DNA of 64,000 bases, from NCBI GenBank assembly GCA_947593585.1, contig CANQDP010000001.1, positions 53,381 through 117,380 of the forward strand. Reading direction: 5' to 3'. Shown piece by piece: positions 35,501-44,400 of this stretch. Under the pieces are notes generated by a model, which saw nothing but the letters and a program-made list of their open reading frames with translations, made no database searches and had not been told where the DNA came from. This stretch comes from an uncultured Clostridia bacterium. GTDB taxonomy: Bacteria; Bacillota; Clostridia; Christensenellales; UBA1242. A program made the position numbers and the translations under genes. Positions within the stretch are counted from its first letter, which is position 1; each line of letters begins with the position of its first letter.

Positions 35501-36202
35501 ATGGAAAAAATGCAAATTAGCGAAGCTGAATTGAAAGAAATTAAAGAAGCTCTTTTGACAGAACTTTTTAAAGATGCGGAAATGCCCGTTCAAACTAATT
35601 TAAGCAAGGCTGAAATAGATAACTTTTTGCACACTTTAATAGTTTTGCATTCAACTGAGGCTTGCCATGAAAAATTAATTCTCTTGCAAAACAAATTTTT
35701 AAATTTCTATAATGAGCAAAACAGGCGAAGGGTGGACGCTTCGCTTTTCAAACACGGCGTTTATGAAATTGATGATGCCCCTTTGGATTATGAAGCGGAC
35801 ATTTTGGTGGTGGCAAGCAAAACCCCTGTTGAAGATGTTGAGAGCCTAATGAATAACAGACCATCTATTGATAATGAAATTTTGTTCCGTGCGGGTGTGG
35901 AGATTAAGAGCGAGTTGGTTTCAAGTTTGAAAGCCGGGCGAGAGTTGCTTTTTGCACATGGGTTCAATCTAAATGCGAAAAATATTGCTAAGATTTTGAT
36001 TGACGGATTAAGTTTGGAGCGAGTGCTCGAATTGATAAACAAACTTTTTGAGCACGCTGAATCAATTAAAGCCTCAGTAATCGTGCTTGACCTATCCGCA
36101 TTAAAAAATAAAGAAAATTATGAAAAATTTTTAAAAACTCTCAAAAAATACTTAAAAAATGCGAATAAAACGCAAAAAATTAACACAATTTTAAAAATTT
36201 AA
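35501..36202 (+). CDS. Hypothetical protein (233 aa from ATG 35501)
   Basis: ORF only. The track start at 35483 is a TTG inside the -10 region. No family recognised. Confidence 0.45.
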   Translation: MEKMQISEAELKEIKEALLTELFKDAEMPVQTNLSKAEIDNFLHTLIVLHSTEACHEKLILLQNKFLNFYNEQNRRRVDASLFKHGVYEIDDAPLDYEADILVVASKTPVEDVESLMNNRPSIDNEILFRAGVEIKSELVSSLKAGRELLFAHGFNLNAKNIAKILIDGLSLERVLELINKLFEHAESIKASVIVLDLSALKNKENYEKFLKTLKKYLKNANKTQKINTILKI

Positions 36203-36227
36203 TAAAAAATTAATTAAAAATTATTTT

Positions 36228-36689
36228 TTACATGTGTTTAAAAATTCTTAAATTAGCATTTTCAACTGCACTTAACAAATCAAATAACATAGACGAAATG
36301 TTTTCCAATAAATTCAAAATAAATTGCTTAAAATATTCTTTTTGCTCATTTTTTAGCCATTTTATTAATTTTTTTTGAATTTTCGTTAGATTTTTTAAGA
36401 AATTAAATAAATTTATTTCTTTTATTTCAATTTGCTTAGGTGAGAGGTTAAACACTGCTTCAAAATTAGAAATTGATTTTTCTATTTTTATTTTTGCTTC
36501 TTGAAGTGCGGCAATTAGTTGTGGATTTAGTTGCGGAAACAAAAGGGTGATTGAATTTGCACACGCCGTCAATTCGCTATAGATTGAATAGCAACATTCG
36601 TTTCTGTCAAAATCGGTTTGTTCGTTATATTTGTCTTGCAGTTGTCTATATTGTTCATCGTTTAAAACGGGGAAGTCATTGTAATTCAT
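36228..36689 (-). CDS. Hypothetical protein (153 aa, predicted helical)
   Basis: ORF only. No SD. The start codon sits inside a perfect 16-bp palindrome (36687-36702). Confidence 0.4.
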   Translation of the reverse strand: MNYNDFPVLNDEQYRQLQDKYNEQTDFDRNECCYSIYSELTACANSITLLFPQLNPQLIAALQEAKIKIEKSISNFEAVFNLSPKQIEIKEINLFNFLKNLTKIQKKLIKWLKNEQKEYFKQFILNLLENISSMLFDLLSAVENANLRIFKHM

Positions 36690-36723
36690 ACATTAATGTA
36701 TGAAAGAACTCGCGAAAATAGAA

Positions 36724-36753
36724 TAAAAAAGAGCCGTTTGGCTCTATTTTTTT
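36724..36753 (-). terminator. Terminator after cysS
   Basis: Stem agagcc (36730-36735), loop gttt, stem ggctct (36740-36745), flanked by A- and T-runs. It overlaps the cysS stop. Confidence 0.65.
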
Positions 36754-38129
36754 ATAATCTCATATTCGTTTTTAGGCTTATCTAAAATTGTGAAGCCGAG
36801 AGAGGAAATTTTATCTCTCAAAATGTCACTAGTGGCGTAGTCTTTATGCTCGCGGGCTTGCTTTCTTTGCTCCGCTATGGCAATAATCTCATCGGGAATT
36901 GCCAATCTTTCTTCTTCAACTTCGTTTAATTTTAACCCTAAAAATCGGTCAAAATCAAGTGCTAAATTATATATGTCGTGGCTGTCTGGATAATTTTTGA
37001 GCGCCTCCCACAAAACTGATAGTGCAAGCGGGGAATTCACATCGTCTGCAACAAATGCTGAAAATTTGTTTTTCAACTCATCTAACACTGCTTTTTCAAT
37101 CTTGTTTTGCCCTGATTTGTGCTTTAATATCAACTTCTTTAAATTGGCATAACTTTCTTTTGCACTGTTTAAAGCGTCAAATGTGAAATTTTGTGGCTTT
37201 GAATAGTGTGCTGACAGGAAGAAAAGGCGCAGGTCCATAGGTGAATAACCCTTATCTTTAAGTGCGGACAATGTGTAGATGTTTCCGAGAGATTTGCTCA
37301 TTTTCCCGCCGTCAAACATAAGGTGCTCAAGGTGAAACCAAATGTCCACAACTTCGTGCCCGCAGCGTGCATAATTCTGCGCAATTTCGTTTTCGTGGTG
37401 CACGGTTTTGTGTTCAACTCCGCCGCCGTGCAAATCGATGTGTTCGCCCAAGAATTTGTTTCCAATCGCACTGCACTCAATGTGCCAACCCGGATATCCC
37501 ACTCCCCAAGGGCTATCCCATCGCTGGATATGATTATCCTTTGCTTTCACCCAAAGTGCGAAATCTGCAGGGTGGCGCTTTTTCTCATCAACTGCTATGC
37601 GTGCGCCAAATTGTTTATCGTTTTGGTTCATGCCGCCAAGTTCACCATAGTGGGCATATTTGCTTGTGTCGAAATAAACTCCATTTTCGGTGATATATCC
37701 ATATCCGTTTTCTAAGATTTTCTCAACGAAATTAATAATATCTTGAATCACGCTTGTGGCTGGGCAGATGTGCTCAGGCTTTTCAATGTTAAGCGCTTGC
37801 ATATCTTCCCAGCATTGCCCCCAATAAAAGGCTGCCACTTGCTCTGGGGTTTTGTGCTCGCGCTTGCTGGCAACTTCCATTTTATCTTCGCCCTCGTCCG
37901 CATCGCTGGTCATGTGCCCAACATCAGTGATGTTCATCACATGGTTGATTTCATAGCCTAAATATTTCACCGCACGCCTAACGCTATCCATCACAAAGAA
38001 TGCACGCATGTTGCCAATGTGTTGAAACCAATAAACGGTTGGCCCGCAGAAATAAAAATTAACGCAGTTGTTAATTGGCTTCAAAGCTTGCTTTTTCCTT
38101 GTGAGTGAATTGTATATTTTCAGTTCCAT
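36744..38129 (-). CDS. cysS: Cysteine--tRNA ligase
   Basis: HIGH-type motif (HIGNMRAF) and KMSKS ([10 protein letters not shown]), with typical CysRS core sequence. Start ATG 38129 ([10 protein letters not shown]) has SD GAGG upstream. Confidence 0.95.
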   Translation of the reverse strand: MELKIYNSLTRKKQALKPINNCVNFYFCGPTVYWFQHIGNMRAFFVMDSVRRAVKYLGYEINHVMNITDVGHMTSDADEGEDKMEVASKREHKTPEQVAAFYWGQCWEDMQALNIEKPEHICPATSVIQDIINFVEKILENGYGYITENGVYFDTSKYAHYGELGGMNQNDKQFGARIAVDEKKRHPADFALWVKAKDNHIQRWDSPWGVGYPGWHIECSAIGNKFLGEHIDLHGGGVEHKTVHHENEIAQNYARCGHEVVDIWFHLEHLMFDGGKMSKSLGNIYTLSALKDKGYSPMDLRLFFLSAHYSKPQNFTFDALNSAKESYANLKKLILKHKSGQNKIEKAVLDELKNKFSAFVADDVNSPLALSVLWEALKNYPDSHDIYNLALDFDRFLGLKLNEVEEERLAIPDEIIAIAEQRKQAREHKDYATSDILRDKISSLGFTILDKPKNEYEIIKK

Positions 38130-38233
38130 AATTGACCTCAACATTATATATGTTTTTCTAAATTAAATTTCTATTTAATTATAAAGTTAAGAAAAAAAAT
38201 TGTCAAGATTATTTCAAAGCATTTAGAAATTTT

Positions 38234-38293
38234 AAAAAATTTTTCAAAAATTCGCAAAAAATTAAGAAAAATTATTAAAAATTACGCCAAAAA
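38234..38293. repeat. Phased A-tract array upstream of the 2,939-aa gene
   Basis: A-runs start at 38234, 38246, 38256, 38267, 38277 and 38289 (spacings 12, 10, 11, 10, 12). Confidence 0.55.
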
Positions 38294-38467
38294 TTAATAA
38301 TTTATAAATTTTTTGGCATTTTTTAATTTAAAATTTGCCTAAAATAAAACTCGCCAAAACACCTATAATTATTGGGGTTTTTGGTTAAAATAGTTTTGAA
38401 TTAAAATTAATTTGTGATAAAATTAAATTAATTATAAATTAATTTCTCTGCTTTTTGCAGTTGGGAG

Positions 38468-41400
38468 ATGGTTATGTCAGGGGTTAAAAAGAAAAGCATA
38501 ATTTTATCAATAATTTTAGTTTTGTTTTCATTGCTCGCGTTTGGGTGTCGTGTGAACACTCCTGTTGAGAGCATTGGTTTTAACACGGACGAAATTGGGC
38601 TTTCAAGCATAGCGATGTTAAAGGGCGAAAAGTTTGCGCCGAAAGTTGATTTCGTTCCGTCTTTTGCTTCAAACAAAAAATATGCCCTTGTTAGTTCAAA
38701 CCCATCGGTTGTCAATGTGTCTGGTCAAGAGATTGTGGCAGTCAACGAAGGGTTTGCATACATAACTGCCATTGCAGACGATAATGAAAATATTCAAACA
38801 GCCATTAAGGTGGATGTGGCAGCATCTTCCACGAAGTTGGATAGCCCAAGCGCAATGAGCTTTAATTCTGGCGTGATTTCATTCAGTTCGGTTGAAAATG
38901 CGGTTGGCTACACGCTTGTTATATCAAGTTCGGGAGTTAGCCATGAAATAGATTTGGGCAACACCACTCAGTATGCGCTATCTAATTTTGAAGCGTTGAC
39001 GCACAGCGCTTACGACAATCTGCTCTCCGTCAAGGTTAGAGCAAATGCTCCAAATTACACTCGCGCGTTTGAAACTTCCGACTTCAGCGCAGAAACTAAG
39101 ATTTACCAATCTAGCGAAGTGAAAAACATTGCTGTTAGGTCGGTGGACAATGTTTCAAAATTGTCTTTTGAGCACGCCCAAGCCAACAAGTTTAATGTTT
39201 ACATAAATGACGAACTATGGAAAGAGGGCACAAGTGAAAAATCTATCGAATTAATGAATTTGCCAAGCAAATATGCTGGACAAATTATTTCGTTGCAAGT
39301 GGAAGCTTGGCGAGATTTGGGCGAAAACTATTATCCTTCACAAAGAACTAAAATCAATGTGGAAGTGTTGGGCTGCCCAGAGCTCAATGTTGGCGCGTCA
39401 AAAATTGAATGGTCTGCAATTAGAAACGCTGCGGGATATAATGTTTTGATTGACGGTGCTCCAAGCGATGAAATCTCAATGCTTAATCGTTGCGAATTGG
39501 AAATTTCCACATTAAACACGCCTGCATTAAATAGTGGCGAAAATAATCACACGCTCACGATTGAGCCGGTTATCAATAGAAATAATTTGGCAAAAACTGA
39601 GGCTAGTGAATATTGCACCATAAACTTCAACTTTAAAAAATCCACAACCCCAACATTTGATAGAGATAAAGTTTATTTCCCAGCTGAGAACGAAATTTAT
39701 TTGATTAGCCTCACCCAGTTAGATGGTGATTATAGCGAAACCATAGCGAGCCGCGAGCCAGAATTTTCGTTTAGTGCACTCCCTAAAGGCAGATATAATT
39801 TTAGCGTTGTGGTGCAAGGCTCAAAAGAAGAGGAAGATGGTGATATCGTTTATTATTTCTCATCCAGCCCAACAGAAAAAATAATTGAAAAGAAAGAGTT
39901 TGAAGACTATAAGCTTAATCTCAGCGCAAGCGTGGGCGAAAAAATCAAAATCATGTTAGACGGCAGCCTGCTAGATGATGCCACTTATTCATCTGCAATC
40001 AGTGGGGCGAGCATAAGCGAAGGGGTGCTAACGGCGAACGAAACAAGTGTTTCAATCAATTTTAAAAACATCACTTTGCCAGCCGGAGCTCACTCAATAA
40101 ATGCTTTTCGCATGGAGGAAGATGTTGAGGGCGAATTAATTTTAGCCGAGTTCACTCAACTTGAAGAAATTCCGGAAATCAAATTAGAAAATGAAACTGC
40201 CACCGTTGAATTAACTGCCACAAATCAAAACGCAGATGCGATAATAAGGTTTGAAGTGTTTGCGTCAGAAGAGAGCAAATTTTCACACGATGGCGCAACT
40301 CTAAATTTCAACACCACAAACGCCTCTCAAAACGATTTCTTATCTGCGGGAGAATACACAATTAAAGTGTTAGTTCTAGGCAATGGCTCAACAACTTTTA
40401 GCGTTCGTGAAGCAGGTGAAGATAAAAAAATGGCGGACGCAGAGTTCACCGTGCTTGCCGCTCCAACATTGAGAGTTGATAGCACGGCCGTTGACGGCAC
40501 AAAGGCAACTGTTAATTTCAACGAAATTGCTCAGGCCGTGAATTATAAAGTTTTTGAAAAAGTGGACGATTATAGAGAGTTCACTTCCACGAATGATGCC
40601 CACTTTGATTTTAATCTTGACGAGGGCAAAATTTGTTTTGCCGTTAGAGCCATAGGAGCAGGGAATGTGATTAGCTCTAATTATAGCGAAGAAATTAAAA
40701 TTAAAAGGCTAAAAACTCCACAACTATCGTATAACAAATTGCAAGACAAATTTGAAATTACAGATGATAATGACAGCCAAACAGTTTTAAATTATGCAAT
40801 TAATGAATCTGTTTTTGAAGATAAAAACCTAGAAAATTTTAAGCCTAAGTTCACGCCTGGTGAAAATGCACTGAAAATTGTGGCACACGCAAAAACAGGC
40901 AAACAAGGAGATTATTTCTATCTTGATTCCAAAGAAAGTGAATTGATAGTGGAAAAAATTGAAAACACGGGCGTGAAAGTGGAAATCTGCCAAGACGAAA
41001 ACTTTTTAATAGCGCAAAACGGAAATTATCTCAATCATATTAAAGTTTCGCTTAATGATGAAGGTGAGTTTAAATTAATCTTAAAATTTAACATTCTTGG
41101 GCAAACGTTAACCTTCAACGCTGCTAACGACCAACTAGTGTGCACCAGCTTAGAAAAAAATTATTCTTTGCCTTTCGCATATGAAGAGAATTGCTTTTAT
41201 ATCTCTTTGTTAAATGCTGATTTATCTCCAATAATTAAAGAGATGGCAAATTCAAAAGAAGAATCGCTAACTTACACATTAGAAGTGCAACTTGCAAGCG
41301 TTGATGATTATGATAATTTAGTGGCAAGTGATGCAGTTGAAAAAGAATTGAAAACTTTGCCACAATCATCAATCAATAGAGATGGCGAAAAAATTTCATT

Positions 41401-44400
41401 CAAAAATGTTGATGCGAGCCGTTCACAGACGGGTTATGCAATTTTGTTGGATGGTCAATATTTATTGAAATTGGATGAAGAAAATGTTTTAGACAAATTG
41501 GGTCAGTTTGAATTTGATTTCAACTATCTTAGCACAAAAGCACAAGAATTTATGATGGAATTTGAAGATGAGGTTGAGCACTCCATTTCAATAATCACCT
41601 TAAGCACGGATGACCAAAGTGTGATTTGCCTATCTAAAAATTTCAAGTTTGCAAGGAGCAAACATTTAGAGATTTCTTCTTCTAAAAATCTTGAAAATCC
41701 AAAGGTGTCTAGTTCGGTAATAATCAGCTTCAAAAAGGTGGAAACGGACTACGCAAGCAAAGAATATATCGTTAATTTATTCAGTGGGGATATGTTATCT
41801 CACACCCTTAAATTCACAGATGCTAATGCAGATGAATCTGGCACAATCTCTTTTGAATTAGATAATGAAGACTTGGTTGGTCCAATCCGCATTAATGCAT
41901 ATCTTTCCACAAGTGGCACAATGGGTGATGAGGTCAACTTGTTTAATTCAGCTCTTTCAAACGAGTTGAATTTCATAAAAATTGCGCAAGCCACAAATCT
42001 TACGATAGACAATGGAATGCTAAACTTCCAATGCGTGGATAATGACAAGGTGGCTTTCTATGAAATCTATCGTGAAGCGGGAGAAAAGATTGGCACAACT
42101 CGCACCTGTCAGTTTGATTTGTTTAACCTAGAATATTTCGCCACCACCAATTTGCAAGTTAGAGCGGTGAGCGTGGAAGAATTGGATGGGGTTTATTACA
42201 CAAATGCGGACTTATCTTTGGCAATCACGGCAATCAAATTAAACGCGCCTCAGGTGGCGGTTGAAAACGGAGATTTTGTTTTAACAATTCAAGAATTAAA
42301 ATCTCTTCAAACACTTTTTGGCAACGGCAATGCTCATATTAAGGCTAACGAAAAAGAAATTTTTGAAAATCAGCCGGGCGTTGTGTTTGATTATAATCTT
42401 GGCAAAGTGTATGTGGAAGCATATGTGCTGTTAAGTTATGGCGAGAGTGTGGTGAGCGAGCAGTTGACTTTCCAAATCATTGTGAATGGGTTTGCTGATG
42501 AGGGCTTGTCCACTCACTATATAAATTCTGCCACATCGTCAATCAGCGTGTCTGGTTTGTTGCAACCAATCAAATTAAAGGTTGATTTGATTGAAACAGA
42601 GGATAGCGAAACGGTGGACACAATCGTGATTGAAAATAATTCACTCAATCCGCAAAACGGCATTAGTTATTCTTATATCATGCGCGTTACATATTTGCAC
42701 ACGGGCGAGGAGCAGTCCGCTCACACCTATTCAACCTTGCAAGGCAAATTCTATTATTATGAAACGGAAATAAATTCTCAGGCCACTTTTGCTGAAAACG
42801 CCGTTAAATTGCCAACCAAGTTCGTGCCAAATGGCGGAAGGGAAATTTTGTTTGCCGAGGGCAGTTATTTGGTGGAAATCAAAGTGGTGGCTGTTGGTGG
42901 CGAAACTATCTATTGCTCTTCAAATTATGCAAAAGTGAAGATAGACATTCTCTCACAAGTTAGCCCATCCGTGCTAGACGGCTCACTAGTTTGGAGAAAT
43001 GACCCGCTCGCGCAAGGCTACTCAATAAAAATTGCCAAAAATGGTGAAGATGAAAATGCAAAAATTTTGCACACAACAAGCAATTCCTTTGACTTCACCG
43101 CACAAGCGATAGACGACTTAACAGGTGTGCTTTCTGTGCAAGTTAAAGCGGTGAGCCATGTGAAAAATAGCGAGCAAGACGGGGTGCTTGAAAATAGAAT
43201 TAATAGCGTTTGGAGTGATAAATATTATGTTTATCGCCTAGACAAAGCATCTCTTGTTGAAGTGGACGATGGCTCAATCGTGTTAAGCGCCACAGAATAT
43301 TTCAGCACGGCAAGTTTTAATTTCACAAATGGTGCAACAAACCCACAAGTGAATTATGATGCGCATTTAGAGAAGGCAAACGAACTCATCGCTGCGCTAG
43401 AATCTTCTAGTTGGGATAGCCCACAGGGTGAAGATGTGGCAAAAGTTTCGTTGGCAAAAAGGCAGATTTTAGATGTTGATTATGACAAATTCAACATCCC
43501 TTCCGGCATTGAATATTCTCTATCGGTCGGGCTTAAGGGCAACACGGTGGATAGAGATGCCGACACTTTGCCTTTCGTGAATTCTCCAATTTTGGTAACC
43601 GATTTGAAAGTTACAAAAATCACATCGGCAGAATCCGTGGCAAAGAAGCAGGGCGAGTTATATTTCAACACAGACCAAAATGTTGCAGTTGAAGACTTTA
43701 ATCATAAATTTGACGAAGAAGAAAATCCAACCCTTTCAAAGGCAAAAATATTTAGAATCACAATCACAATGGGCAGCGAAAGTTATCCAATTTATGCTTT
43801 TGACTACGACACATTTATCTCGCTAAATCAAGAGGGCACTTATAATGAAAACATCTATTTAGAAGACCAACACTATGGCTCGCTTTATGCTCATTTTGAC
43901 ATTTCGCACAATGCGGAAACTTTAAGGCTTAATGTGTTTAAAAATAACACAATCGACTTTAATGTGGATTCAGTTTACTATAATAAAATCACAGTGCAAG
44001 ATGAGGAAGGCAACTTCGTTTATAAAATGGAGGGGGCCGAGCCTGTTAGCTTAGACCTCTCTCAAGGCGGAGTGTTTAATGTTTCAACTCTTGTGCTGGG
44101 CGGAGATAGCAAGCAAGTGAGCGAAAATCACACAGCCTACATCACCTCATCGTCAATGATAAGAAACTTTAAAAGATATGCTCAAAACGCCTTATCCACT
44201 TCGCGCGGCGAGTTGAGAATGGTAAGTTTGGCAGAAAGATTTGGCGAAGAAGATGTGATAGATTTCCCTGTTTATAAAGTGATTGCAGAGTCAAATCTTG
44301 AAGAGGCAAAAACATTCTTCTTATATTATAACGGCAAAGAAGATGCGCTTAAAGTTACAGACGACCCAGACGAGCAAAAGGGCATTTATGAAAAAATCAC

